From an uncultured virus (IMG/VR IMGVR_UViG_3300025543_000015) (Duplodnaviria; Heunggongvirae; Uroviricota; Caudoviricetes; Crassvirales), in IMG/VR virus record IMGVR_UViG_3300025543_000015: a DNA stretch of 64,000 nucleotides. One strand, written 5' to 3'. The translations under genes and the position numbers were made by a program. Under the pieces are notes generated by a model that saw only the letters and a program-made list of their open reading frames with translations, was not told the DNA's origin and made no database searches. Shown here in pieces: positions 10,887 to 23,100 of the stretch (within the stretch, counting starts at the first letter, position 1; each line of letters starts with the position of its first letter).

Positions 10887-11764
10887 TGCCAACACCGATA
10901 AACACAAGTGCAGACTACTATGGAGATAGTACCTTATTTGGTAACTACCAATATGTAACACTAGAAGACATAGTAAACAATTATATAATGTCATCACAGG
11001 ATGATGATTTCACAGCAAATGCAAACAGAAGAGTAGTTCTATTTCAAGCTAGAAGAGCATTTAGAGAATTATACTTTGACTCTATGCAAGAGATTAAAGG
11101 TATAAAACTAGATTTAAGCCCTACTCTTACTGTTACACTACCTCCGGATTTTGTTAACTTTGTTAGAATATCTTGGGTAGATGGGCTTGGTAAATTACAT
11201 GAGCTATCTGTAAACAATAAGCTTGATATAGCTAGGGAGTATTTACAGGATGCTTCTTATCAAATATTGTTTGATGGAGGCGGTTGTGCTCTAGAGGCTA
11301 ATAACATAGGTCTAGACATACCCGACGAAGTTGCTGATATAATAGCTGACGGTGCACAAGGTTTTGAGTTTAGTACTGATAATTCATTTGTACCAAATAA
11401 AAATTTCTCAGAAGATTTCTCTAGTGGTGGGTATGTGCTAGATAGACAAAGAGGTTTAATTATCTTTGGCTCTGAGACCTTTGGTAAATCCGTGGTATTA
11501 GAATACCTATCTGATGGACTTTACACAGGATGTGAAGGTAGGACAGAAGCTGAGCTTAAGATACATAAATTTGCAGAGGATGCTGTATACAATTGGATAT
11601 ATTGGAAGCTTATAGAGAGACGTAGGAACGTACCTGCTAATGCTAAACAGTTTGCTAGAAAAGAGTGGTTCAATAGCAGAAGACTTTGTAAGAGAAGAAT
11701 GCAAACCATTAGACCTTCTGAATTAAGAAAAGTATTCAAAGGTGCTAACAGATGGATTAAATAA
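10886..11764 (+). CDS. tail ring/tubular protein (putative)
   Basis: LPPDFVNFVRIS and VVLEYLSDG motifs; translationally coupled to the previous gene. Confidence 0.6.
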   Translation: MPTPINTSADYYGDSTLFGNYQYVTLEDIVNNYIMSSQDDDFTANANRRVVLFQARRAFRELYFDSMQEIKGIKLDLSPTLTVTLPPDFVNFVRISWVDGLGKLHELSVNNKLDIAREYLQDASYQILFDGGGCALEANNIGLDIPDEVADIIADGAQGFEFSTDNSFVPNKNFSEDFSSGGYVLDRQRGLIIFGSETFGKSVVLEYLSDGLYTGCEGRTEAELKIHKFAEDAVYNWIYWKLIERRRNVPANAKQFARKEWFNSRRLCKRRMQTIRPSELRKVFKGANRWIK

Positions 11765-11827
11765 AGGGGTCTAAGTTTAGAAATAGACCAAAAACTAAAA
11801 TAAGAGTTAAATTAAATATAGAAAACT

Positions 11828-12070
11828 ATGAAAATGTTAAACAGCAACGTATGTTGCAAGAATTTGGATGAGGTAGTACAAAAGGTTGGTAATGTTATCA
11901 TACCTAGTAAAAACAAAGCTTATAAACAACTTGAGGTTATATCCTCGGGTGATGATAAAGTTATTGTAGGTCAAACTATCTATGTACCAATAACTGCAGG
12001 ATACGAGATAGAAATAGATAGAGAAAAATTCACGGTTGTGAATGCTAGAGAAATTATACTAATATTATAA
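11828..12070 (+). CDS. groES: GroES-like co-chaperonin (single domain)
   Basis: 80 aa; GNVIIP mobile-loop-like segment, VIVGQTIYV, EIEIDREKFTVVNAREII. Confidence 0.65.
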   Translation: MKMLNSNVCCKNLDEVVQKVGNVIIPSKNKAYKQLEVISSGDDKVIVGQTIYVPITAGYEIEIDREKFTVVNAREIILIL

Positions 12071-12074
12071 GAAT

Positions 12075-15000
12075 ATGAAGTTACAGAACACATTTGTTCA
12101 AAGTAAGCTTAACCAAGATATTGATGAGAGATTACTACCTAAAGGACAGTATCCGGATGCATTAAACATTAGAGTAGCTAATTCAGAAGGTTCTGATGTT
12201 GGGGCTATAGAGAATGTTAAAGGTAATGAACAATTAACATCCCTAGGTCTTACTAATGCCGATACAATAGGTGCTTTTGCCGATGGCTCTAGCCAAAAGA
12301 TTTATTGGTTTATAACATCTGACACTAAGGATTTAGTTGTTGAATACGATGTACCAAATGCTCAAACAAATATTTTATTAGAGTCTTCTAATCCCAATGG
12401 AGTATTAGCCTTTAATAAGAACTACCTTGTAACAGGTGTAGTTAAGATTGTAAATGGTGACTCTGATAGGGACTTACTTATTTGGACTGATGACTTAAAC
12501 CCACCTAGGGTTGTAAATATTGAAAGAGCTAAAGGATATACTGCCGATGGCTTTTCTGAGTTGGATATAGCTCTAATAAAGAGACCACCTAGGAGTGCAC
12601 CTTCGTGTACGCTTACATATTCTCCAATAACAACAGAGAATAACTTAGAGAATAAATTCTTAACCTTCGCCTATAGATACAAATACTTAGATGGGGGTTA
12701 CAGTGCTATATCATCTTTTTCTAATTACCAATTCTCTCCTTCTGATTTTGAGTTAGATTATCAAACAATGGAGAATAATGGCATGGCTAATGCTTTCAAC
12801 GCTGTTAAGATTGATTTCAACACAGGTGATGAAAGGGTTACAGATATACAATTAGTATATAAAGAGTCTAATTCAAATACTCTTTATATTATTGAGTCCT
12901 TCAATAAAACTAATGAGGTATGGGGTAATGATGAGACCCAATCATTTACATTTACAAATAGTAAAGTACTAGCAGCTCTTCCGGAAGATGAGCTTTTCAG
13001 AACATATGACAACGTACCACGAAAAGCAAAAGCATTAGAGCTTATAGGTTCTAGGATTGCTTTTGGTAATTACGTTGAGCAGTACGACTTAAAGAATATA
13101 TATGGTGAGGATATTAATGTAGACTTCTCACTATCACTTACTCAGTTAGATTTAAACGGTGAAAATTTAGGTGTAACTATAGGGAATAGCGTTATAACAA
13201 ATGACCTTATCACTATAGATTTTACAGGTATTACACTAGCTGCAGGAAATAGACTTACATTTACTTTTGATTTAGGTAACGCAGCTTACGATGGCTTATA
13301 TGGAGATACATTTGATTTCATACTAAACCAAAATTTTGTAGATGCTACATCTTTAGCAAGTAACGCTGATTTTATATACTTTATAGAAACATTAATATCA
13401 GCAGCTTTTGAAGCAGGTTATACTATTACCCCCCCTACAGGTGGTGTAGTAACAAGTGCTGTAAATGGTTTTACTATTACAGGCTCTACAGCCACTTCAA
13501 TTAGTATACTAGCACCTAACATCGTGTACACAGTAGATGCTGTAGATGAGACAGCTAGCTTCCAATGGGACACAAGTACACAAGTATTTTACAGAGAGGT
13601 TGCTGTAGCATCATCATTAAAAACAAACAGGAGTTATGAGGTAGGTATAATCTATATGGATGCCGATGGCAGAAAAACTTTTGTACAAACTGACGAAGAT
13701 AATACAATATATGTAGACCAAGAGTTTTCTACATTTCAAAATAAAATTGTAACAAATATAAATCACTTAGCACCCGAGTGGGCTGATAGGTATAAACTTG
13801 TAGTTAAGCAGAATAAAGGTGCTTACCAAACAATATACACCAACCTGTTTTATGAGGATGGATTATTTAGATGGATTAAACTAGAGGGTGCTAATATAGG
13901 CAAGGTAGTACAAGGTGATACACTTATAGTTAAATCTGACTTAGGTGGTGCTTTAGCTGATGTTACCAAATTAAGGGTATTAGAGATTAAAGAACAACAA
14001 TCAGACTTCTTAGGAGACGTTGCTGACCCCGACAATATTATTGAGGAGGAAGGTTTATATATGAGGGTTAAGCCTGTAGGTATTGATATGAGCTTTGATG
14101 AGTCAACTATTAGAACTTATGAAGCAGGCTCTCACTTAAGATATACAGGTAGAACTCGTACATCACCTATATTTGGTGACGACAGTACAGGTGCATTTGT
14201 GCCATACCCTCTTAATGCAGGTTCTAGGGTTCGTATATATGTACAATTCAAAGCTAGAGGCTCTATCTCTTACACAGCAGAATATGACAAAAGCTTTAAA
14301 GTAAGTGGAAGCTACGCTTCTGTACAATCATGGTTTGAAACTGAGGTTATTGATTTAGGCTCTTTTGGTAGAGATTTCACTAGAGGGGTAACAACAGGCT
14401 CATTCCCTAACTTCCTTGTAGGAGATGGTGAATATGGATATGGATATGGGTTCTGTGACTCAAATGGTGTACCTGTTGCAAATGGTTCAGACTTGGGTGA
14501 GAAATTTTTTGCATGGTCTCATAGAGATGGTACAGCTTCAAGGAAAATTACAACAACGATTAAAATTGAGATTCTAGCTTCTGATGGTACAATAATACTT
14601 GAAACTGAGCCGGAAGATAAAGGTACAGAATTATATTACGAAACATCACAAACATTTGATGTAATAGGTGGATACCACCAAGGTAACTTATTAAACCAAT
14701 CTGCAGTGAACCCTTCTGCTATAGTGGAGATGGATTTCTTCAACTGCTACGTTATGGGTAATGGAGCTGAGTCGTATAGGTTTAAAGATGCTAGGTATGT
14801 AGGCTCTGACAGCGATGGTCAACAACTTTTGGCTAACTACTTAAACATAGACTTAAGACCTTCAACAACCTCAACAGAAAAATATAGAGAGGTTAGAAGA
14901 TTTTCAGATATTACTTACAGTGAGCCTTATAACGAGAACTCAAATGTAAATGGTATAGGCGTGTTTAATCTATCCAAAGCAAATTATAAAGAGGATTTAG

Positions 15001-16826
15001 ATAAAAAATATGGTACAATTCAAAAATTATTCTTTAGGGATACAAACCTTTTGGTGCTCCAAGAGGATAAAGTGGGTTATGTACTATTTGGTAAAGATAT
15101 ATTATACAATGCTGACGGTTCTTCGAATGTATCTTCTGTAGAGGATGTCTTAGGAGATTTCAGAGCATATACAGGTGAGTATGGTATTAGTAGAAATCCG
15201 GAGAGCTTTGCATTTGATGCAAACAATGTTTATTTCATGGACTCTAAAAGAGGGTGTGTTTGTAGACTAGGAGCTGACGGAATTACTGAAATATCTATGG
15301 CAGGTATGAGACAGTTCTTTAAGGATGATTTTAAGAATGCTATAGACCAAAAGAAATTAGGTTCGTATGACCCTTACTTAGACCAATATGTTGCTCACTC
15401 AAGTGTGGACTTATTGCTAAAGCCTTTCTCAATAGATTGCTCAGATGTATTCTATAGAGGAGATACTAGTGGTGTATATGAAATAACAATAGATTATGGT
15501 ATACTAGTGGGGAATGCAGGTTTTAGTTATGTAACTAATGGAGTTCCTGTTAACTTTACTTTAGAGTACGATGGTGTAGTAACTGATTATGGTTACTTCG
15601 GAGACCCTTCTTATGATTCAGTATTAATAGGTTTAGGATTACCTGCCACTACTGATGTAGGTACAGGCTCTATAGTATTTTCTAAAAATAAAAATATACC
15701 TAGAGATGCTGTACTAACAGTTACAGCCCCTATAGTAGGAACTAACTTCCAAATATCGGGTAATTGTGTCGTAGAGAATGAATTAACGGTTATCAATGTT
15801 ATATTGAACAACCCCGAGGATGAAGGTACTTCTATTAAGAGTAGATATAAATGGAGTACAGACACTTACTCATCACCTTTCACAACATATGATACAGTAT
15901 TTGATGTAGATGAGGTAGAGCTATTCAACACTGTAGTAGGTAATGAGGGCTCTATAAAAGTTCCTATAACAGGTAGTTCAGTTAGAGTAGAGTCTTACCA
16001 AGGTGTAGCACAAAACTTAGTTTGGAATGGTGAGGAAAATAAGATAGGATATTTAATATCTAACACTTTATATACAGATGCAGATATTGAAGCCTTAGAG
16101 GCTGCTGCTACGTTCCCTGCCTTTACGGAGGTTACAAATGGAGATGACGTAACTAGATATATAGAATTTGATTATGATAGACTCTCAAATGAGCAGTATT
16201 TATACATTATATGGGATTACAGAGATGTGGTACTAGGAATAAACGCCAATACTAAGATAAATATATACTTTGATTCTTCGGGGTCAATGAACTCTACTAT
16301 TGCACCCCTTGAAACTATGAGGGATACATTACTTAGAGATGCATTATTACCTTTATATGGTGGTGATGTAGCAGCTTATGATGCAAACGTTACTGTCATA
16401 TCACAGGCAAATGAGAGAACTATAGACATGATGAATATAAATGGTACTACTCCTACAGGAAATGTTATATCATTAATATTCCAAGATGAGGCTAACCCTG
16501 TATACCAAGGTGTATCATTTGCAGATACTGATGCACTTACAGCACAGTATATAACTGACATAGCTGATTTCAGAGCTAGGCTAGCAGGATTTGCAGCTAA
16601 CTACTTGAGAGTTGTTGTGTTCCAAGTTGATGAGTCGGGTGGAGCATTTGATTTCCAAAACTTTATAAAAGCTGTAGAACTTGGTACAGGTAACTATGCA
16701 GGAGCGAGTGGTTTATCAGATAGAACAGAGATAGCATACAAATATAACATAACAGACGGTGGTACAGCGAATTACTACTTAACACAGATATTATTAGCAC
16801 TAACAGAATTAGGATATGAGCTCTAG
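12075..16826 (+). CDS. tail stabilization/muzzle protein with C-terminal vWA-like domain
   Basis: N-terminal KLNQDIDERLLPKGQYPDALNIRV and YGISRNPESFA motifs of P22 gp10-like/crAss muzzle proteins; C-terminal YFDSSGSM (DxSxS MIDAS). Confidence 0.7.
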   Translation: MKLQNTFVQSKLNQDIDERLLPKGQYPDALNIRVANSEGSDVGAIENVKGNEQLTSLGLTNADTIGAFADGSSQKIYWFITSDTKDLVVEYDVPNAQTNILLESSNPNGVLAFNKNYLVTGVVKIVNGDSDRDLLIWTDDLNPPRVVNIERAKGYTADGFSELDIALIKRPPRSAPSCTLTYSPITTENNLENKFLTFAYRYKYLDGGYSAISSFSNYQFSPSDFELDYQTMENNGMANAFNAVKIDFNTGDERVTDIQLVYKESNSNTLYIIESFNKTNEVWGNDETQSFTFTNSKVLAALPEDELFRTYDNVPRKAKALELIGSRIAFGNYVEQYDLKNIYGEDINVDFSLSLTQLDLNGENLGVTIGNSVITNDLITIDFTGITLAAGNRLTFTFDLGNAAYDGLYGDTFDFILNQNFVDATSLASNADFIYFIETLISAAFEAGYTITPPTGGVVTSAVNGFTITGSTATSISILAPNIVYTVDAVDETASFQWDTSTQVFYREVAVASSLKTNRSYEVGIIYMDADGRKTFVQTDEDNTIYVDQEFSTFQNKIVTNINHLAPEWADRYKLVVKQNKGAYQTIYTNLFYEDGLFRWIKLEGANIGKVVQGDTLIVKSDLGGALADVTKLRVLEIKEQQSDFLGDVADPDNIIEEEGLYMRVKPVGIDMSFDESTIRTYEAGSHLRYTGRTRTSPIFGDDSTGAFVPYPLNAGSRVRIYVQFKARGSISYTAEYDKSFKVSGSYASVQSWFETEVIDLGSFGRDFTRGVTTGSFPNFLVGDGEYGYGYGFCDSNGVPVANGSDLGEKFFAWSHRDGTASRKITTTIKIEILASDGTIILETEPEDKGTELYYETSQTFDVIGGYHQGNLLNQSAVNPSAIVEMDFFNCYVMGNGAESYRFKDARYVGSDSDGQQLLANYLNIDLRPSTTSTEKYREVRRFSDITYSEPYNENSNVNGIGVFNLSKANYKEDLDKKYGTIQKLFFRDTNLLVLQEDKVGYVLFGKDILYNADGSSNVSSVEDVLGDFRAYTGEYGISRNPESFAFDANNVYFMDSKRGCVCRLGADGITEISMAGMRQFFKDDFKNAIDQKKLGSYDPYLDQYVAHSSVDLLLKPFSIDCSDVFYRGDTSGVYEITIDYGILVGNAGFSYVTNGVPVNFTLEYDGVVTDYGYFGDPSYDSVLIGLGLPATTDVGTGSIVFSKNKNIPRDAVLTVTAPIVGTNFQISGNCVVENELTVINVILNNPEDEGTSIKSRYKWSTDTYSSPFTTYDTVFDVDEVELFNTVVGNEGSIKVPITGSSVRVESYQGVAQNLVWNGEENKIGYLISNTLYTDADIEALEAAATFPAFTEVTNGDDVTRYIEFDYDRLSNEQYLYIIWDYRDVVLGINANTKINIYFDSSGSMNSTIAPLETMRDTLLRDALLPLYGGDVAAYDANVTVISQANERTIDMMNINGTTPTGNVISLIFQDEANPVYQGVSFADTDALTAQYITDIADFRARLAGFAANYLRVVVFQVDESGGAFDFQNFIKAVELGTGNYAGASGLSDRTEIAYKYNITDGGTANYYLTQILLALTELGYEL

Positions 16827-17559
16827 AGTAAATAAAACATTGACATTTGATGAGAAAGTAAAGGGGTGGACATCGTTCCATTCCTTCTTTCCCGAATATA
16901 TGGTAGGTATGAACAATAAGTTTTTCACATTTAATAATGGAGAGCTTTATGAGCATCACTCAGATAATGTGGCTAGAAATAATTATTACGGTATGCAATA
17001 TGATTCTACTATTGACGTAATGGTTAATGACTCACCATCTGAGATAAAGGAACTACAGGCTGTAAGCTTGGAAGGTAATGCTTCTTGGGAAGCACTTATA
17101 CAGGCTTACATATCAAACTCAGACGATGTTATGTCTAGTTCAATAACTGCTGCAGAATTTGTAAAGAAGGAGGGTATATGGTATGCATATGCTAGAAGGA
17201 ATGAGAGTGATATAGCTTTTGATTCTAAAGCCACTTATGGTTTAGGGACTATCTCCGGATTAACAGCAACTACGTTTGAGTTAAATGGTGGAAGCACTTC
17301 ATTATGTATTGGTGATACCATTGTTAGGGGTTCAGACTTAAATCAAATTGGTGTTATAACTGCTATTAGTGGTAGCACAATTACTTTGGATACTACTGCA
17401 GGACTAGTTAATGCTGACTTTGTAGTAGGTATGAAAGATTCTAGAATAGAGGGTGGTAACTTAAGAGGCTACACAATGAGGGTAGGTCTCTCAAGCTCTG
17501 CTGTAGGTAAGGTAGAACTATTTGCTGTAAACCTAGAGGTCATGAAAAGTTTTAGTTAA
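16816..17559 (+). CDS. tail protein, resembles muzzle C-terminal part
   Basis: TLTFDEKVKGWTSFHSFFPE and FVKKEGIWYAY motifs; overlaps the upstream gene. Confidence 0.6.
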   Translation: MSSRVNKTLTFDEKVKGWTSFHSFFPEYMVGMNNKFFTFNNGELYEHHSDNVARNNYYGMQYDSTIDVMVNDSPSEIKELQAVSLEGNASWEALIQAYISNSDDVMSSSITAAEFVKKEGIWYAYARRNESDIAFDSKATYGLGTISGLTATTFELNGGSTSLCIGDTIVRGSDLNQIGVITAISGSTITLDTTAGLVNADFVVGMKDSRIEGGNLRGYTMRVGLSSSAVGKVELFAVNLEVMKSFS

Positions 17560-17618
17560 TTTTTTTTACATCGTATTGATTATTTAAGTATCTTTGCAAT
17601 ACTTAAATACAATATAAT

Positions 17619-18041
17619 ATGAAATTTAATTGGAAACTAGAAGATAAGTCCGTGTGCTACAAAAGATTAAAAATGTGGTGGGACGAGCATGATGCATTTG
17701 GTAGTAATCATATACCTTACAATTCAGTACCTAACAGGGTTTTCACAGTATCTGTTGATTTAGAAGATGGAGAAGTAGATTTATATAGCGTAGCTATTAT
17801 AATTACAGACACCGATATATGTTGGGTAGGTTGGATAACATCTAACCCTTTTTGTAAGGAAACAAAATATAAAGTAGGGGCTCTAAAATACCTCTACAAC
17901 ATAATATCTATAGTAATGAAATCACAAGGTTTTGAGTCTATAGTTTCACACGCAAAGCTAAGTGGCTTAATGAACGCATTAGAAAACAGTGGATTTGAAT
18001 TAGTAGAACCACAAACAAACTTTTATATAAAAAATTTATAA
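17619..18041 (+). CDS. GNAT-like/internal virion-associated protein (putative)
   Basis: 140 aa, LENSGF near C-terminus; own promoter at 17589; first gene of the ejection block. Confidence 0.45.
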   Translation: MKFNWKLEDKSVCYKRLKMWWDEHDAFGSNHIPYNSVPNRVFTVSVDLEDGEVDLYSVAIIITDTDICWVGWITSNPFCKETKYKVGALKYLYNIISIVMKSQGFESIVSHAKLSGLMNALENSGFELVEPQTNFYIKNL

Positions 18042-18042
18042 T

Positions 18043-18594
18043 ATGGCATCAGCAATAGGAGGAGCAATCTCCGGATTTAGTACAATAAAGCAAGGTAAAA
18101 AAATGATGGCTGCAGGTCAAGCAGGTATTGATAACTTCAAGTGGCAAGACCTTTCTAACCCTTATAAGAATTTAACAGCTAGTACTGCAGGAGCAGAAAT
18201 GAGAGCTGATGAGGGTGCTAGAGCTGCAGCTACGTCAGTTAACGCATTACAAGCAGGTGGTAACAGAGCTTTAGTAGGTGGTGTTGGTAAAGTACAAGCA
18301 CAGAATAATTTACTTAATAGAGATATAGCAGCTTCTCTAGATGAAAAGAATAAAGAGATACAGTTTGCAGCAGCAGGTCAAGATGTCAATAACCAAGCTA
18401 TTACAGAGAAAAGACAAGGTGATGAGCTAGCAGGTTATGGTAACATGGTTAATGTTGGTATGGATATGAAACAGAATGGTATGGGACAATTGGTTGCAGC
18501 AGCAGGAGCTATTGACAGTGCAGCTATGACAGCAGCTACAGGTGGATTTGGTGGAAGTGGTATGTTAGGAGCTATAGCACCGAAAACTTCATAA
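18043..18594 (+). CDS. internal virion (ejection/pilot) protein
   Basis: Ala/Gly/Gln-rich 183 aa protein in the podovirus internal-protein position. Confidence 0.55.
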   Translation: MASAIGGAISGFSTIKQGKKMMAAGQAGIDNFKWQDLSNPYKNLTASTAGAEMRADEGARAAATSVNALQAGGNRALVGGVGKVQAQNNLLNRDIAASLDEKNKEIQFAAAGQDVNNQAITEKRQGDELAGYGNMVNVGMDMKQNGMGQLVAAAGAIDSAAMTAATGGFGGSGMLGAIAPKTS

Positions 18595-18615
18595 ATAATA
18601 AAATAATAAATAGAT

Positions 18616-20148
18616 ATGGCTAAAGTAACAGCAGGGGCAGCGTATAAAGAACTTGAAAAAGTTGGTAACTATGTTTCCGATAATGTAAACGCAGCAGCAG
18701 ACCGTTTAACAAAACAGGGTATGCAGCAAAAACAACTTAATGCAGATGCTAAGGTAGCAGCAGATAAGAGGTTGGATGATGCATATGCAGATATTAACGT
18801 ACCGGAATTAGTGAGCTCAGCTACAGGAAATCAAACAAGGGATGATGTAGCTAGGAAGCTTGCTAAGACAGCCACAAACCGTGCTGCAGAATATGCAGAG
18901 CTAGCTAGAGATGCAGCAGCTAAGGGTGATTGGAAAGGTATGAATGATTATAAGGCTAGGATGAAGGTCATAGAAAGTGATTTTAAAAATACTGTAAATG
19001 ATGAAGCAATACTAAAAGAAGTTTTTACAAGTTATCGAGAAAAATATCAAAATGGTGAAATAGATGATGACGATTGGTTAGATTTTGCTGAGTCAATGGA
19101 AAAATTTAATTACGAAGTTATCTTGGATGATAATGACCAAAAAGTAATTAGAGCTATAGAATTAGATGATGAAGGCGAGCCTGTACTAGATGAAGATGGC
19201 AAACCAAATATAATGGAGAAGAAGTGGGCTGAGGTTGTAAACCAAAGAGATAGACCATATGAAAGAGTTCAACTAGAAGACCAACAAGGTAAAAAAGGTC
19301 TTGTAGGTGATATGCTTGCCACTATGGGTAAAAGAAAGTATGACGAGGTTACAGGTCAATATATTGAGACTACACAAACATGGGATGAGGAAGCTGAGGC
19401 ACAGTTTATAGCTAAAGTAAAAGGATTACAAGCTAATGACAGAACTATGTACTCTTTACTTAAACAAGCATCCGGTGGTGAGATTAAAAAGAAAAAAGGA
19501 TTTAGTGAGGATGATAAGCAATTAGTTGAAGATTTTTTACGTCACCAAGTTAAAGGTGGTTATAACCAAGAACAAACTAAGAGGGGTAGAAGTAGAACTC
19601 CGAAGGAGATGGCTGACGAAGCTGCTAAGAACAGAGCAGTTACTATGAGAGGTCAAGATATGGCACAAGATAGAGCAGATGATGATAATGCTATAGCCCT
19701 TAGAAAAATGGCTCTAGAAGAGTGGAAAGCAGCTAACCCTAATAAAACAGGTAAGATGACTAAGGAAGAAACTAAAAAGGCTGAGAATGAGGCTTTAGTA
19801 GTTAAATTCTATGATGTGGCTAAAAGTATTGGTGACTTAGGTGCAGAAGCAAATGATACAGCAGTTCAAAAAGTATTAGATGAGAGTGGCTTAGGATTTG
19901 TAGCTACTACAGATTGGCAGCTATGGTTTCAAGATAATGAGTTCGACATAGGTACAATTAAAGATATTAAAAATAAGGATACCTTTAAAATTGTAAAGGG
20001 TATGGCTAAGAAAGCAGGACTTGAAATGAAAGACACTGATGTTAGAGAGGCTATAAATAGTATTCAATCGGGTGATACTAAACTTACACCGGAGCAAGAA
20101 GCAGCTAAGGCACAAGAATTAATAGATAAGTATTCAACACAAAATTAA
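18616..20148 (+). CDS. internal virion protein (putative)
   Basis: 510 aa helical charged protein preceding the giant gene. Confidence 0.5.
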   Translation: MAKVTAGAAYKELEKVGNYVSDNVNAAADRLTKQGMQQKQLNADAKVAADKRLDDAYADINVPELVSSATGNQTRDDVARKLAKTATNRAAEYAELARDAAAKGDWKGMNDYKARMKVIESDFKNTVNDEAILKEVFTSYREKYQNGEIDDDDWLDFAESMEKFNYEVILDDNDQKVIRAIELDDEGEPVLDEDGKPNIMEKKWAEVVNQRDRPYERVQLEDQQGKKGLVGDMLATMGKRKYDEVTGQYIETTQTWDEEAEAQFIAKVKGLQANDRTMYSLLKQASGGEIKKKKGFSEDDKQLVEDFLRHQVKGGYNQEQTKRGRSRTPKEMADEAAKNRAVTMRGQDMAQDRADDDNAIALRKMALEEWKAANPNKTGKMTKEETKKAENEALVVKFYDVAKSIGDLGAEANDTAVQKVLDESGLGFVATTDWQLWFQDNEFDIGTIKDIKNKDTFKIVKGMAKKAGLEMKDTDVREAINSIQSGDTKLTPEQEAAKAQELIDKYSTQN

Positions 20149-20156
20149 ATATAAAT

Positions 20157-23100
20157 ATGAACGAACTACAAGAGATTGTCAAAAAGATGATTGCTGCAGG
20201 TGAGTCGGAAGAGAACATCGCAATAGTTATTAAGCAATATAATAACAAAGCAACACCCAAAGAAGCCGAAGTACCAAAGGGGGACGAAGCCGAAGTGGTA
20301 AGTGGGGTTTCGGATTCTACTTCGGCAGAAAGTATTTCTTCATCGGACTCCGAGACACAGAATAAATTTCCACAAATTGAGAGACAAGACCCTACCCAAG
20401 AAGAAATGGATGGGGTAAATGCTTATGTAGATAAGTTAAATGCTCCTATAGAAATTGGAGAGGATGCAGCTAGAGCAATAACAGCTCCGGAATTGGCTAA
20501 AGAACAAAAAGAATTAGAGGCTATTATTGCCTCTCGTCCTATTGTAGCTGACAACTCAAAAGAGGAAGCAAGATTAAAAGAAATCAACGATGCATTTGAT
20601 AGACTTGCTGAGCCTCCAAAATCAATTAGAAAAATAAGCAATGAACAAATTGCTGAACTAGATAAGAAGCAAGACGAACTAACTACAAAAGCTGTTCGAC
20701 TAGCTAAGGGTACTGATTTCTCTGTTGAAGAGATTTTAACTAATGATGGTACTTATCAAGACATTATAAAACAAAAGAATAAACTACACGACCAAAAACG
20801 TCTAGAGGACGAAGTGATTAACAGGGTTGTTGAAGATACTAACTCAAACCAAGATGGATTTTTTGGTAAGGTTGGTAGAATGTTTGGTGGTGGTGACGAA
20901 GAGGTTACTCAAACAGCTAAGCTTTCAGATGCTATAGAAGAAGAGATACTACTATCACTAAAAGGAGATAATAGACAAAAAGAGAAGATAGCTAAAGGTT
21001 ACGCAACACTAGATGAAAAAGAAACACTTATAGCAAATGCTAAGGTTAAAGTAATCACTGCTGAGAAGGAGTCTATTATAAACAAAGCAAAAGCTGCTAG
21101 AGCAGAAATTGAAGACCCTGCAGAACTAGAGAGAACATTACTAAACCTACAAACTAATTATGATGCTTTGTTAGGTCAAGTAGGTTTCGATAAAGCTAAA
21201 GGAATATTAAATAACGCATTTGAGAAGACTGACAAGAGCCAAGCATTTGATGAAATACTATCTGATGATGGATTCTTCGGTACTACAGCAGATATGATTA
21301 CAACGCTTGGAGAAGGTGTTACTCAGATAGCTTTAAAGGGTACTGTAGGCTTTACAGCAGATATTATGTCTTCTATTGGTGACTTAGGCTTCGATAGAGA
21401 CGAATACAGCGTGTTTGATGCATTTTCTGATACGGTTGGACAGATAACAAACTATAACTATTTACCTACCTCTAAAGCAGCTAATACGAGGTTGTTTGAT
21501 GATGCAGGAAATTTAAACCTTACAGGAAAGACTATTTCTAAATCTTTCGCTGAGACTATACCATTTACATTAGCAATTATAAACGATGCTAGAAGAGGTA
21601 AGATAACAAATCTTGAAGTAGGTTTAGGTAAGCTAGTTAGTGGTACTAGAAGTGCAAAGATGACTCAAAGCTTAAGGCTTATTGATTCAGCATTTAGACA
21701 CACATTTTCAGATAACATAGTACAGGCAGAGGATTTAGGTCTTACAGGTAATGATGGTAAAATATACGCTACAACAATGTCTTCTGTTGAAGGTTTCGCT
21801 GAGATGGTTATGCCGGATACAAGATTCTTTTCAACTACAGTAGGAGATAATTTAAAGAGAGCTTTTGTAAGAGACTTAAAATCTGCAGCTAGTAAAAAAG
21901 CTAGAGTACAGGTTGCTAAAAACTTCATGGGTAATGTAATCGGGGAACTTGGTGAGGAAGAGATTGTTCTTGCTGCACAAGACTTGATGGGCTATGCTAT
22001 GGTTGTAGGTCACGAGAACTCAGAATTTTGGGATATTGCAAACCAAAAACAATTAGCAGCAGCTACAATAATTATGTCTACTCCTTTAAGTGGTTTAAAC
22101 CTTAGAAGAGATTACAAGGGTAACATAATGGATTTCTACAGTAAGGTGTCTGAGAATATTAACGGTATTACAGAGGACTTAAGAACAGAACTTGAGCTAC
22201 CTCATCACACTACAGAAACTAAGCAACAAATAACTAACGCTATATCTTGGGCTAATAACTTGAACAAAGCTATTACACTAGCTCCGGAGGGAGTTACAGG
22301 AAAGCAAGTTGACTTATTAATGGAGAAAGAAGCATTGGTACAAGAGAAGAAAAATCTTGACCCTGCTTTCCACGCACCTATAAATGAAAAAATTAAAGCA
22401 TTAGAGGCTAAGATTGAGCCTATGAATGCTAAGACCAAAGAGGTTACAGCAGCAGCCGAAAAGAAACAAAAAGAAGAAGATGCAAAACGAAAAGAACGAG
22501 AGCAAGCAGCACGAGCAAAAAGAGCTGCAGCAAAGGATGTCGGGACTAGAAAAACTAGTGAGACAACAGAAACCAAAAGTGTTGAGCAGCAGGGCGTTCA
22601 AGCCGAGGGTAAGAAAGAAGTAGGTAAACCTTACACAGCAGAAGAAGTACAAGAGACTACAGATGCTAAAGCTTTCGTAGTAGCTCAACAAACAGCTATG
22701 GCTAACAGAAAGGAAGACTCTAAACAAGTTGAAATCCTAGATGAAAAAACAGCTCAAAAAATTGTTGACGATGGTGGTAAATTATTCGTAACATCTGATG
22801 GTAAATCCGGAGGATACGTTAAGAAAGATGGTTACATGGGAGGTCTATTCAAAGACCCTACAGCTAACCGTTCACAAGCTGCAAAAGTATTACAAGAAGC
22901 TAGAGTAAAAGCAGGTGGTAAATTTTTCGATGCATTCGGTATCAATACTGAAACAGAAAAAGGTACTACCCTAGAGGACATCTATATCAAGAACGGATTC
23001 AGACCTGTTGCTAGATTATCTTTTGATGCAAACCAAGCACCTAAAGGATGGGAACAAACTAATCTTAAAGAGAGACCGGATAACGTATTCTTCGTCTATG

